64,000 nt of DNA from Candidatus Udaeobacter sp. (GTDB lineage Bacteria; Patescibacteriota; Patescibacteriia; Magasanikbacterales; GWA2-37-8). Below are positions 30,059 to 40,051 of the stretch, one piece after another; position 1 is the stretch's first letter; every line of letters begins with the position of its first letter. Under the pieces are notes generated by a model. That model was not told the origin of the DNA, searched no databases, and saw only the letters and a list, made by a program, of their open reading frames with translations. The stretch lies in contig DATION010000002.1 of NCBI GenBank assembly GCA_035473115.1, forward strand, positions 169,374 to 233,373, given 5' to 3'. A program made the position numbers and the translations under genes.

Positions 30059-30565
30059 ATGGCAGACAAAAAAATATTTCCCACAATGATTTCGGAAACA
30101 AATCCAGAAATTAAAGCTCCGCTAGAAGAGCTTGATTTAAAATTGGAAAAAGAAAGCTTTACCGAAAAAGAATCCACCGAACAAAAACCAACCCCCGAAG
30201 ATCTGGCCAGCCCGGCTGCCGAAAAAATCCAGCAACTGTCTCGCAAACCGCACAAGCCTAGACCAGCTATACCTCAAGTCGCCAAAAATGCCGTCATGAT
30301 CAAAATCGAAAAAATAATGGAAGACGGATTAAATGATTCTTACCAGCGCCTCTCCCCTGTTGCCAAACAAGAGTTTAAAATAAAAGGAGAAGAAGCGGCC
30401 GCTCAAATCGGCGAACTCCTCAAAAGCAGTCATGTAAAAGCTAAAAAAATATTGCGTTTAGTTTTAGATTGGCTGCGCATGCTGCCAGGAATAAATCATT
30501 TCTTTTTGGAACAAGAAGCCAAAATAAAAACAGACAGAATTATCGCTCTAAAAGACAAGATTTAA
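30059..30565 (+). CDS. Conserved hypothetical protein upstream of the VirD4-like ATPase
   Basis: C-terminal WLRMLPGINHFFLEQEAKIKTD; directly abuts the next gene. Confidence 0.75.
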   Translation: MADKKIFPTMISETNPEIKAPLEELDLKLEKESFTEKESTEQKPTPEDLASPAAEKIQQLSRKPHKPRPAIPQVAKNAVMIKIEKIMEDGLNDSYQRLSPVAKQEFKIKGEEAAAQIGELLKSSHVKAKKILRLVLDWLRMLPGINHFFLEQEAKIKTDRIIALKDKI

Positions 30566-30568
30566 ACT

Positions 30569-33124
30569 ATGCCCGCATTTTTTAATTCCTTAAATAATAT
30601 TTTGAATTTCCTTTTAAGGAATAGTTTTTTTAGATCATTGCTCTTACCCGCTTTAGGATTAATAGTTTTTATTTCCTTACTATATATCTTAAGAGCAGTA
30701 CTGATGACCAAAAGCCGCGAAAGCAAAGCTTTTCACAAAACTATTCTGCTCATAAAAGTTCCCAAAGAAAAAAAGAGCGACAAACCGGAATCAAGCGGCG
30801 GAGAAAATAATCTTAATCAAATAAGAGAAGAAATTGCTGTCTCAGAAACAATTTTTTCCGCTATTGCCGGTCTAAAACGAGAAAGCGGATTGCTTGCCTG
30901 GCTAAAAGGCCGCAACGACCATGTTTCTTTCGAAATCGTAGTCAAAGACAGCAAAATATCTTTTTATGTGGCTGTGCCCGATAAAACCAAAGGGTTTGTG
31001 GAACAGCAAATTCACGCTCAATACCCTCACGCCGAAATTACCGAAGAACCTGATTATAATATTTTTAAACCGCAAAGCCATATTGTCGGCGCTTATTTAT
31101 GGCTCAAACATAGCTCCAGCTTTCCTCTAAAAACCTATAAAACTTTAGACAGTGACCCACTGGTAGCACTGCTTAATCCGCTGAGTAAAATTTTAGAAGA
31201 TGAAGGCGCTGTAATTCAGTGCATCGTTCGTCCGGCCACCAATAAATGGCGCAAAGAAGGAGTGGAACTAATCCGCAACATCAAAAAAGGAGAAAAATTT
31301 GAAGACGCTGCCAAACGCAGTTTGCTAAGTAAATTTTTAAAAGGCCTGGGCGAGGCTTTGGTTTCTAGTAAAAAGAAAACCGATCCGCAACAAGCTCCAA
31401 AAACTTACCAGATAACCCAGATGGAAGAAGAGATGGTCAAGCACATGGAAGAAAAAATCAGCCGCGGCGGACTGGAAACTACTTTGCGTTTAATAAGTTC
31501 GGCCAACAGCAAAGAAAAAGCAATGTTAAATTTAGAAAACATTGTCAATGCTTTTAGTCAATATAATTTGTATCGTTACGGCAATACTTTGGCCGCGATT
31601 GTGCCTCGCCGACCTAGCACTCTTATCCGTGATTCAATTTATCGTTCCATGCGCGATGATAAATATATGGTGCTCAACACCGAAGAAATGACTAGTCTTT
31701 GGCACTTGCCTATTCCCAACACCGAAACTCCCAACATCAACTGGCTGGGAGCGCGCAAAGCTCCACCGCCAACCAATATTCCCAAAGAAGGTATTATTCT
31801 GGGCCGTTCAGTTTATAGAGGTGAAGAAACTATTATCCGCATGAAAAGAGATGATCGGCGTCGTCATCTTTATGCTATCGGTAAATCCGGCAGCGGCAAA
31901 TCTGTGTTTATCCAAAACTTGGCGGTTCAAGATATTATTAATGGCGAAGGTGTTTGTGTCATCGATCCACACGGCGATTTTGTGGAATATGTTTTACAAC
32001 ATGTGCCCAAAGAAAGAGCCGAGGATGTAGTTTATTTCAATCCTTCCGATGTAGAAAGACCGATCGGTTTAAACATGTTAGAAATAAATACCGAAGAACA
32101 AAAGGATTTTGCCACTCAAGAAATGATTTCTATCTTTTATAAACTAGTTACCGACCCATCAATGATCGGCCCGATGTTTGAACACAACATGCGCAACGTG
32201 ATGCTTACTTTGATGGCCGACATGAAAAACCCAGGCACTATCGCTGAAGTCCCTCGCATGTTTACCGATGACGAATTTGTTAATGAATGGAAGAAAAAAT
32301 TAACCGATCCGATGGTTTTGGCTTTCTGGGAAAAAGAGATGGCCAAAACTTCTGACTTCCATAAATCAGAAATGTTGGGTTATTTAATTTCCAAAGTCGG
32401 CCGCTTCGTCGAGAATTCCATGATCCGCAATATTATTGGCCAATCCCATTCCGGATTTAACTTCCGCGAAATAATGGATAAGAAAAAAATATTACTGGTA
32501 AACTTGGCCAAAGGTTTGGTCGGAGAAATAAACTCCAATTTGCTCGGTTTAATTATCGTGTCCAAACTGCAGATGACTGCTCTGGAGCGCGCTTCCCTAC
32601 CCGAAGACCAACGCAATGATTTTTATTTATATATCGATGAGTTCCAAAACTTTATTACTGAATCTATCGCTACCATTCTTTCCGAAGCCAGAAAATATCG
32701 CTTAGAGCTTATCATTGCTCATCAGTATATGAAACAGTTGGAAGACAACAAGGGTAAAACCACCGTGCGCGATGCTGTGCTTGGTAATGCCGGTACGATT
32801 GTCTCTTTCCGCATCGGTGTAGAAGATGCCGAAATCTTGGCCAAAGAGTTTGCGCCGGTCTTTAGCGCTTATGATTTGGTAAATGTGGAACAATACACCG
32901 CTTATACCAAGCTCTTAATTGACAATACTGCTGCCAAGCCGTTTAATATGCTTACTTATCCGCCTCGATCGGGCAACAAAGAACTGGCTGCCGCCATCAA
33001 AGAACTCTCTCGGCTAAAATACGGCCGGCCAAGAGAAATTGTGGAAGCGGAAATCAACGAACGAGCCCGTTTGGGAGTAGCTATTGCCGGAAGCGACACG
33101 GCTGCTAGCGAACCATCATTATAA
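30569..33124 (+). CDS. VirD4/TrwB/TraD-like (HerA-FtsK superfamily) coupling ATPase with N-terminal TM
   Basis: RRRHLYAIGKSGSGKS Walker A, IDPHGD, YIDEFQNF Walker B, SEARKY, AHQY. Confidence 0.9.
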   Translation: MPAFFNSLNNILNFLLRNSFFRSLLLPALGLIVFISLLYILRAVLMTKSRESKAFHKTILLIKVPKEKKSDKPESSGGENNLNQIREEIAVSETIFSAIAGLKRESGLLAWLKGRNDHVSFEIVVKDSKISFYVAVPDKTKGFVEQQIHAQYPHAEITEEPDYNIFKPQSHIVGAYLWLKHSSSFPLKTYKTLDSDPLVALLNPLSKILEDEGAVIQCIVRPATNKWRKEGVELIRNIKKGEKFEDAAKRSLLSKFLKGLGEALVSSKKKTDPQQAPKTYQITQMEEEMVKHMEEKISRGGLETTLRLISSANSKEKAMLNLENIVNAFSQYNLYRYGNTLAAIVPRRPSTLIRDSIYRSMRDDKYMVLNTEEMTSLWHLPIPNTETPNINWLGARKAPPPTNIPKEGIILGRSVYRGEETIIRMKRDDRRRHLYAIGKSGSGKSVFIQNLAVQDIINGEGVCVIDPHGDFVEYVLQHVPKERAEDVVYFNPSDVERPIGLNMLEINTEEQKDFATQEMISIFYKLVTDPSMIGPMFEHNMRNVMLTLMADMKNPGTIAEVPRMFTDDEFVNEWKKKLTDPMVLAFWEKEMAKTSDFHKSEMLGYLISKVGRFVENSMIRNIIGQSHSGFNFREIMDKKKILLVNLAKGLVGEINSNLLGLIIVSKLQMTALERASLPEDQRNDFYLYIDEFQNFITESIATILSEARKYRLELIIAHQYMKQLEDNKGKTTVRDAVLGNAGTIVSFRIGVEDAEILAKEFAPVFSAYDLVNVEQYTAYTKLLIDNTAAKPFNMLTYPPRSGNKELAAAIKELSRLKYGRPREIVEAEINERARLGVAIAGSDTAASEPSL

Positions 33125-33128
33125 ATTT

Positions 33129-34736
33129 ATGTCTACAATTTACCGTAAATACCGCCCGCAGAAATTTGCTGACATTGTTGGTCAGCAACATATTATCAAA
33201 ACAATTACTAACGAAATAACTAGCGATAAGATTGCCCACGCTTATCTTTTTTCCGGTCCACGCGGCACTGGCAAAACCACTCTAGCTCGCCTGTTGGCTA
33301 AATCTATAAATTGTCAAGATCGTAAAAAAGATAAATTTGAACCTTGCGGTACTTGTTCGGCTTGTACGGAAATTACTAACAGCCACAGTATTGATGTTAT
33401 CGAAATTGATGCTGCCAGCCATACTGGTGTAGATAATGTACGCGAAAATATTATCGACAACGCCCAATTTAAACCAACTAAACTAAAATACAAAGTATTT
33501 ATCATCGACGAAGTCCACATGCTTTCCACCAGCGCTTTTAACGCTCTCTTAAAAACATTAGAAGAACCGCCAAGCCATGTGATTTTTATTCTGGCCACTA
33601 CCGAACAGCACAAACTGCCGGCTACCATTATCTCTCGCTGCCAACGATTCAGCTTCAAACGAGTTGGCTACGATGATATGCTTGGGCGGCTGGAGGAAAT
33701 CTGCAAAAATGAAAAAATAAAAATTGATAAAAAAGTTTTAGAAAGAATCATCAACAAAAGCGATGGCTGCATGCGCGATGCCGAAAGTTTACTTGGGCAA
33801 GTCTTAAGTTTGGATCTAAAAAATATTTCTGCCGAAGACGCCGAGATGATCTTGCCAACTTCTAATGTTGAAACAGTGCTGGAATTTATTAATTTTATTT
33901 TAGAAAAAGAAACCAGCTCCGGCCTAAAATTAATTAATCAGCTGGTTGGCGACGGCGTAAATCTGGAGCAATTTGTTTATGACTGTTTAGAAGTCTTGCG
34001 CCTACTGATGATTTTGCAAATTGATTCGCAAACAAAAAATATTAATACCGATTACAGCGCCGAAGCTGTCAAAACACTCAAAAAACTATCAGCTAAAATT
34101 TCTGCGCCCCAACTAATAAAAATGATTGAATCATTGATTGCTCGCCGCCAAGAAATAAAATCTGCGCCAATGCCACAGCTGCCTTTGGAATTATTTATTG
34201 TGGAATTTACTTGCGCCCCTGACATATCAAATTCCGATATATCAGCTGTAATTCCGACGAAGAAAGAGGAATCCCTGTCTGGTAAGGAAAAAGAAATGGA
34301 CAGAGATCCCTCGTCAGCTAAAGCCTCGCTCGGGATGACAGCCTTGCCAGAAAAACATCACTCCATTTCTCAAACCATAAAAGATGCCGTTTCTTCTATC
34401 ACTCACGGAGCGCCAATTAAAACAACTCTGGAAGAAATAAAAGCCAAATGGGATGAATTAATCCAAGCCATTGCCAAAGATAACCATTCCTTGGGTTTTA
34501 TCTTAAAAATGTGCAAAATTGAAGATATCAGCAACGACGGACTGCGTGTATCTGTCCCCTATTCTTTTCATAAAGACAAACTGGACGAAAATAAAACCAA
34601 AAAAACTATCGAGCAATACTTGACTGACTTTTTCTCTGAACGAATAATGCTGCACTGCGAAGTTTTGGAAACTGTAAATGAAACTAACGACGAATTAAAT
34701 AAATTAGCCGCTGATTTCGGCGGAGAGGTTATCTAA
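33129..34736 (+). CDS. dnaX: DNA polymerase III subunit gamma/tau
   Basis: YRKYRPQ, GPRGTGKTT, IDEVHML, SRCQRF motifs; start at MSTIYR. Confidence 0.96.
   Translation: MSTIYRKYRPQKFADIVGQQHIIKTITNEITSDKIAHAYLFSGPRGTGKTTLARLLAKSINCQDRKKDKFEPCGTCSACTEITNSHSIDVIEIDAASHTGVDNVRENIIDNAQFKPTKLKYKVFIIDEVHMLSTSAFNALLKTLEEPPSHVIFILATTEQHKLPATIISRCQRFSFKRVGYDDMLGRLEEICKNEKIKIDKKVLERIINKSDGCMRDAESLLGQVLSLDLKNISAEDAEMILPTSNVETVLEFINFILEKETSSGLKLINQLVGDGVNLEQFVYDCLEVLRLLMILQIDSQTKNINTDYSAEAVKTLKKLSAKISAPQLIKMIESLIARRQEIKSAPMPQLPLELFIVEFTCAPDISNSDISAVIPTKKEESLSGKEKEMDRDPSSAKASLGMTALPEKHHSISQTIKDAVSSITHGAPIKTTLEEIKAKWDELIQAIAKDNHSLGFILKMCKIEDISNDGLRVSVPYSFHKDKLDENKTKKTIEQYLTDFFSERIMLHCEVLETVNETNDELNKLAADFGGEVI
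34247..34340. repeat. Family A palindrome inserted in-frame in dnaX
   Basis: Right arm reverse-complemented is nearly identical to 9159-9195; encodes VIPTKKEES...DPSSAKASLGMT. Confidence 0.8.
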
Positions 34737-35575
34737 TGCAAAATATAAACTCAAAATTATTTCCTTTCGTTTTTCTAACAATATTTCTGATTGCTAGTCC
34801 TTTGGCTGCGCAAGCTGCAGACATGCTTAACCTGCCCGTGCCTTATATTTCCGAAGCTCCGGATGGGTTAATGGTTAAACCTTGGAACAATTCCTGCGAA
34901 GAGGCTTCCATGTCGATGCTTGATGAATATTATGCCGGTAAGCGAGACAAAAAAACTGCCAATGATACTGCCAAAAAGTCTATCTTGCGCTATGTAAATA
35001 TTGAAAACGAAATTTTTGGCTACAACGGCAACACTAATGCCGCCGAAATTACTAAAACAGTAAACGACTATTCGAAATACTTTGAAGCGACTATAAAAAC
35101 TGATCCGACTTTGGAAGATATAAAAAATGAATTGCAAGCCAACCGGCCGGTAATCGCGCTTCTCTATGGCTACAACTTACAAAATCCACGCATTTTATTT
35201 TCCCGAACCGGCTCCTATTACCACACTTTTGTTATCAAAGGCTTTGATGACACGAACAAAGAATTTATTGTAAATGATAACGGCGACCTGCAAAAAGGCC
35301 TTGACTTGCGCTATTCTTATGATACAATCATGGGCGCTCTACGTGACTATGATCACAAAACTGCCAAGACAGTAAAACCGGCCACAGTGCTGTTTTCTAG
35401 CCAAAGAATGCTGGTAAAAACAGCTAGCAGCAACCGAATTTACGTGATTAAAGATGGTCAAAAACACCACATTACCTCTCCACAAGTGTTTAAAGATCGC
35501 AACTGGAAATGGAGTTTGGTAATGACCGTAGAAAAGGCTTGGTTGGATAAATTTGAGTCAGGATCGGCAATATAA
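34736..35575 (+). CDS. Secreted C39-like cysteine peptidase domain protein
   Basis: Signal peptide; VPYISE, NSCEEAS, YHTFVIKGFD, IVND motifs. Confidence 0.8.
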   Translation: MQNINSKLFPFVFLTIFLIASPLAAQAADMLNLPVPYISEAPDGLMVKPWNNSCEEASMSMLDEYYAGKRDKKTANDTAKKSILRYVNIENEIFGYNGNTNAAEITKTVNDYSKYFEATIKTDPTLEDIKNELQANRPVIALLYGYNLQNPRILFSRTGSYYHTFVIKGFDDTNKEFIVNDNGDLQKGLDLRYSYDTIMGALRDYDHKTAKTVKPATVLFSSQRMLVKTASSNRIYVIKDGQKHHITSPQVFKDRNWKWSLVMTVEKAWLDKFESGSAI

Positions 35576-35584
35576 CCTTTCGCT

Positions 35585-35635
35585 TGTCATCCCGAGCGAA
35601 CCAGCTCTTCGCGAAGGGTGGGTGACGAGGGATCT
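35585..35635 (+). repeat. Family A repeat, single arm with internal hairpin
   Basis: TGTCATCCCGAGCGA...GACGAGGGATCT. Confidence 0.8.
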
Positions 35636-35664
35636 ATACCTATAAAATAAAATTCAAAATAAAC

Positions 35665-35735
35665 TCCGAGGTGGTCTAATGGTAGGACAGCAGACTCTGA
35701 ATCTGCTTATCTTGGTTCGAATCCAAGCCTCGGAA
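35665..35735 (+). tRNA. tRNA-Gln (CTG)
   Basis: TCCGAGG/CCTCGGA acceptor stem; GCAGA-CTCTGAA-TCTGC anticodon arm; TTCGAA T-loop. Confidence 0.95.
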
Positions 35736-35885
35736 CAAAATCTACCATCTAAAACAACTACCACTAAATACTACCCATTGACTAACGGGTTGTTTTATGA
35801 TATATAAATACCAGTTTGTAGCATTTTTTGTGATACAAACCAATCCTAGGCCCAAGCGAGCCTACCCAAAAAAGGAGCAATCGCC

Positions 35886-36332
35886 ATGGTAAGAAAAGTA
35901 AACGTAACTTTTGAGAAATTGCTAAAACGCTTATTACTGATCGAAGGGCAAGATAGAGAGATATTTGATACTCATTTCAAACCAGGGATTAATGCAGCTC
36001 TTGAGCTCGTTAGAACTATCACCTATATCTGTCTAAGTACCCATGACCTCGGTATAGGAGACATTCAAACAAGATCTGCACTACCTTCCTCTATACAGCC
36101 ATTCACCAAACTATTCGTCAGCGGATGGGCAGAGAGAGACGAGTTGATGAATCTAATTAGAAGATCAAGCCGTGTAGAAATCAGGCTTAGCTGTAATGGG
36201 AATGATCAACATAACATAAACGTGGCAATAATCTTTTTTCAGAAAGCTAGGGTTAAGCTAGGTTGTATATACGCAAACTACTTATTCTACAATGGCAGTA
36301 TCTCTTTCACATCTTTCTCTGCCAGTCACTAG
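35886..36332 (+). CDS. Orphan hypothetical protein (SD-led class)
   Basis: AAAGGAG SD; TTGACT-17-TATATA promoter at 35778-35806; two 5' hairpins. Confidence 0.6.
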   Translation: MVRKVNVTFEKLLKRLLLIEGQDREIFDTHFKPGINAALELVRTITYICLSTHDLGIGDIQTRSALPSSIQPFTKLFVSGWAERDELMNLIRRSSRVEIRLSCNGNDQHNINVAIIFFQKARVKLGCIYANYLFYNGSISFTSFSASH

Positions 36333-36485
36333 ACGATAGGCAGATTAACTAAATTATTTGCATATTACAACTAGTTTAATTAATATAACCTCTGTCGTAC
36401 TATATTTAGAATAAAATTGTAAATATAGTATGAGGTTATATATTTAAAAAATTCTACCTAAAGTAGAATTTTTTAAATATTAATT

Positions 36486-37280
36486 TTACTTAATTTTTCT
36501 CCCCTCCAAAAATAAAAATAAAGGAAATTCTTTTCGTGCTTTATCTTCCGCCGCAAAACGTGGCCCTCTAGTTGGCTCACGGTGCGAAATCCATTCTTCC
36601 AGCTTGGCTACCGCAAAACCATTTTTGCGCAGCATTTTAAAATACCATTGCAATGATCGGTGAAACGAAACTGTTTTTTCTGATTGTTTCTTGCCCGGAT
36701 TCATATCTATTTCTGTTTGGAATTCCGATAAATACGCATCCATACGGCGATACTGAATTTTGGCTTGCTCATCCCACTGCCAACTGGAAACTTTGGGCGC
36801 GCGAAAGGCTGGGTGGTTTAAAACCAAAAATATACTCCCCTTTTCTTTTAAGACTCTGGCGCACTCGGCTAATACGCCATCCACATTTTTTATATTCTGC
36901 AAAGCTAAAATTATTGTAATAGAATCTACGGATTTATCGGCACAAAAATTAATTTTATCCGCTGGCGATACGTGGTATTCAATATTTTTTGATTTAGCGA
37001 AATCATGCCGCGTAACGTCATTTGAAACGCGGCGGCTCTTGGCGATTTGGATAAGTTCCGGAGAAATATCCGAAGCAATAACTTTGGCGCCGCTTTGCGC
37101 AAAAATACGGCTAAAAAATCCTTGGCCGCAAGCCAAATCTAAGACTATCTGGTTTTTGTCCAAAGTCATTGAACGGATTAAATTTGGCAAAATAACTTTC
37201 TGCTGAAAAGAATCATCGTCTTTCTCTAGCATGCTATCATACCAATTGGCTACTTTGCCCCAAGAAGTTTGTTTTTTCAT
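36486..37280 (-). CDS. Class I SAM-dependent methyltransferase
   Basis: VLDLACGQG motif I, DISPELI, ARVLK, NHPAF. Confidence 0.9.
   Translation of the reverse strand: MKKQTSWGKVANWYDSMLEKDDDSFQQKVILPNLIRSMTLDKNQIVLDLACGQGFFSRIFAQSGAKVIASDISPELIQIAKSRRVSNDVTRHDFAKSKNIEYHVSPADKINFCADKSVDSITIILALQNIKNVDGVLAECARVLKEKGSIFLVLNHPAFRAPKVSSWQWDEQAKIQYRRMDAYLSEFQTEIDMNPGKKQSEKTVSFHRSLQWYFKMLRKNGFAVAKLEEWISHREPTRGPRFAAEDKARKEFPLFLFLEGRKIK
36988..37034 (-). repeat. Family B hairpin element in-frame in the methyltransferase
   Basis: 40/47 identical to 44061-44107; encodes RRVSNDVTRHDFAKS. Confidence 0.8.
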
Positions 37281-37319
37281 ACCCCTATATTCTAAAGTAA
37301 AAAATCTTATGGGTCAATC

Positions 37320-37392
37320 TGTCATCCTGAACGCAGTGAAGGATCTCTCTCAGTTCAATGTTAAGGGATTCTTCGTTGCACTCAGAATGACA
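37320..37392. repeat. Family A full palindrome
   Basis: TGTCATCCTGAACGCAGTGAAGGATCT...GATTCTTCGTTGCACTCAGAATGACA. Confidence 0.85.
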
Positions 37393-37444
37393 AATAAGCT
37401 CTAACATTCTTGCCAAAACACCTTAAAAATGATAGTATTTGGGT

Positions 37445-38296
37445 ATGTCAAAAATAATAAACGGAAAACTTATTGCCGCTAAGATAGAAACAGAGACCGC
37501 CAAACAAGTGGCTGCCTTAAAAAAACAAGGCATCACTACCAAATTGGCGGTAGTTTTGGTTGGCGAAAACAGAGCTTCCCGCACCTATATCCGCCGCAAA
37601 CAAGAAGCGGCACAGCGGGTTGGCATTGACTTTGCTTTACATGAATTTCCTAAAAATATCTCCAAAGACGACCTGGCTACGGCCATCAAAAAACTACAGC
37701 AAGAATCAAATCTTTCCGGACTGATTATTCAATTGCCATTACCAGAAAAATTATATAAACCAGAAGTTTTAAACTCCATTGACCCCAGCATCGATGTTGA
37801 TTGTCTAAATGACGCTAATATCGGCAAACTGGTAATGAAAACGAATTTAATTGAACCGCCGACTCCTTGGGCAGTAATCAAAACTTTAAAAGAAATAAAA
37901 TTTAATTTGGCTGGGAAAAACGCCACTATTGTTGGCGCTGGCGCGCTGGTTGGCAAACCACTAGCTATAATGCTAGTAAACGAATATGCCAGTGTTACTA
38001 CCTGCAATAGTTTAACTAAAAATATTAAAAAGAAATGTCTGGAAGCAGACGTGGTAATTTCGGCTGTAGGCAAAAAAAACCTGATTACTGCTGATATGAT
38101 AAAGAAGGGCGCAGTCGTGATTGATACGGGATTTGTTTACGAGAAAGGCAAGATATACGGTGATGTTGATTTTCCTAAAATTTCTAAAAAAACAAGCTTC
38201 ATTACTCCCACTCCGGGCGGAATTGGCCCAATTACCGTGGCCAAACTTCTTCTGAACACTGCTACTTGCGCAAAAAATAAAAATAAGGTAAGGTAA
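37445..38296 (+). CDS. folD: Bifunctional methylene-THF dehydrogenase/cyclohydrolase
   Basis: IIQLPLP, DVDCL, VGKPL, GDVDF, ITPTPGGIGPIT motifs. Confidence 0.95.
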   Translation: MSKIINGKLIAAKIETETAKQVAALKKQGITTKLAVVLVGENRASRTYIRRKQEAAQRVGIDFALHEFPKNISKDDLATAIKKLQQESNLSGLIIQLPLPEKLYKPEVLNSIDPSIDVDCLNDANIGKLVMKTNLIEPPTPWAVIKTLKEIKFNLAGKNATIVGAGALVGKPLAIMLVNEYASVTTCNSLTKNIKKKCLEADVVISAVGKKNLITADMIKKGAVVIDTGFVYEKGKIYGDVDFPKISKKTSFITPTPGGIGPITVAKLLLNTATCAKNKNKVR

Positions 38297-38322
38297 ATTT
38301 AAGCAATAACCAAGAGGTCACC

Positions 38323-38490
38323 ATGTCCAATCTCCGTTGCGGATACGTCAAGAATGCCAATACTGGCGAGCAGTGTGGTGGCGAACTGATCTTATGTACA
38401 CGTGGCCACAATCATGATGTGTACAAATGTACAAAAAAAGGATGCGAAAGAACAAATCGCATTTCACATGAACCAAGCGCGGTAGCCTGA
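38323..38490 (+). CDS. 55-aa Cys/His-rich peptide below the ORF-track length cut-off (SD-led class)
   Basis: AGAGGT SD; MSNLRCGYVKNANTGEQCGGELILCTRGHNHDVYKCTKKGCERTNRISHEPSAVA. Confidence 0.55.
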   Translation: MSNLRCGYVKNANTGEQCGGELILCTRGHNHDVYKCTKKGCERTNRISHEPSAVA

Positions 38491-38581
38491 ACTCTATCCG
38501 CATAACAACCGAAAGAGTTTGTCGGATTCTGCTTTATAAAAACCGTCAATGTAAACTAATAAACGGCTAAAAAGCCAAAAA

Positions 38582-40033
38582 TTAAGCGTAAGGCAAATCT
38601 GCCGGCGGCTGCCCCAGACCTGGAGTATTTTCTTCTTCAGGCAAAGCAGCTTCAACCGGTTCTTCTTTAACTTTTTTTCGTAACGGACTCTCCACAACTT
38701 CTTCAATCGGCAAATTAATTGGCGGTTCAGCTCTCTTGCTGGCCGTCTTTTGTAATAACGGAGCTTTAACCAGCGGCAATGGGAAGTGCCATAAAGTAGC
38801 CAGTTCTTCGATATTTAAAATAAACGGATTTTTGCCAATCTTAATTTTTCTCTTTTTAAAAGCGCTAACAAATTGGTTTTTTCCTTTGTCATTTTTGGGA
38901 GACAAAACCGGCACAATCGCATTACGTCCAGGATAAGAAAATTGATTGATAGCACCGATTAAGCCTTCCAAACAGCGGCTAGGCTTAAAAGCTTCCTTTT
39001 CCGCTGCATACATTACCCGAATTTTAGCTTTAAAACCAATCTTACTAATTTTTTCTTCAATGGCCACAATAGTATCTCTCATTCCCGGACTCAAATCGCT
39101 CACTTTGCCAGGAGCAGCCTTTTCTTCTTTTTTCTTTACCACCGCTTCACCAGGTGAAGCGATATTGTGCAAAATATCGGTAGCGACACTGTTTAAAATC
39201 TTGAGCAAGAAATTTTGTTTAACTTCGTGCTTTTTATTTTCAATCAAAGATTTGACCAGCTTGTTGCCTTTTTCGTGCAGACTGTTTTTAACCAAACCAA
39301 TGCCATGCTCTTTCCACTTACTGGAAATAGGCTCTACGATAATCTGCAACCACAAATTTTCTCCCGCGCCAATGCGGGTAAAATTTTCTAAGATCGCAGC
39401 CATCGGATCATTAAAAGTAAAATCCGGAGTCACGCTATGTTCAAAATCAGAATAAGTTCTGATCGGGTACGCGTCTTCGGTAGCCAAACCGAACTCAATA
39501 CCAACTACATCATGAGTTTTGTTTGGGTAAGTATTAGGAATTACGGAAACATAATCTTCGACTTCAGTTATTTCGGCCATTGGATATTGGGCATAAACAG
39601 CTGCTTCCACCAAATCTCGGAATTTTTCTTCGGTATAGACCAAAAATTGAATATAGCCTTCTAGACTAATAACTTCCAAACTAAACCAGCGCTGCTTGAA
39701 TCCCGGGCCGTACTTATCGGCCACACTTGAGCCGCTATGGGCGCCGCTGATAATGGCAAAAATCTGCTCTACCGCTTTTGGGCTTTGGATGGTATCTGGC
39801 GGAACATCCACAGCCAAGACAGTCCATTTCCAATCACTGGTATATTTGGTCTGCCGCAATGATGCCCACAACTCCGCACCCATAAAAAACAAGATCAAAG
39901 CCAAAATTGCCCAGCCGATGATAGCAAAAACAACCTTGCCCAGCTCAAAACTTGGCAATTCTAAAATTGTTCCCCAGAAAGATAAATCAGCGACAAAACC
40001 AAATGGCAATTCTACGGTTGTTGGCATAAGCAA
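38582..40033 (-). CDS. Membrane protein homologous to the N-terminal non-ATPase part of the VirD4-like protein
   Basis: AQYPMAEITE and EELATLWHFP versus AQYPHAEITE and EEMTSLWHLP in 30569-33124. Confidence 0.8.
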   Translation of the reverse strand: MLMPTTVELPFGFVADLSFWGTILELPSFELGKVVFAIIGWAILALILFFMGAELWASLRQTKYTSDWKWTVLAVDVPPDTIQSPKAVEQIFAIISGAHSGSSVADKYGPGFKQRWFSLEVISLEGYIQFLVYTEEKFRDLVEAAVYAQYPMAEITEVEDYVSVIPNTYPNKTHDVVGIEFGLATEDAYPIRTYSDFEHSVTPDFTFNDPMAAILENFTRIGAGENLWLQIIVEPISSKWKEHGIGLVKNSLHEKGNKLVKSLIENKKHEVKQNFLLKILNSVATDILHNIASPGEAVVKKKEEKAAPGKVSDLSPGMRDTIVAIEEKISKIGFKAKIRVMYAAEKEAFKPSRCLEGLIGAINQFSYPGRNAIVPVLSPKNDKGKNQFVSAFKKRKIKIGKNPFILNIEELATLWHFPLPLVKAPLLQKTASKRAEPPINLPIEEVVESPLRKKVKEEPVEAALPEEENTPGLGQPPADLPYA

Positions 40034-40051
40034 TGTTAAGCATGAGCCGGA

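Noticed and set aside
35665-36480. tRNA-Gln (and tRNA-Asp) as integration sites of an island
   Set aside because: No duplicated tRNA 3' end and no integrase found in the window.
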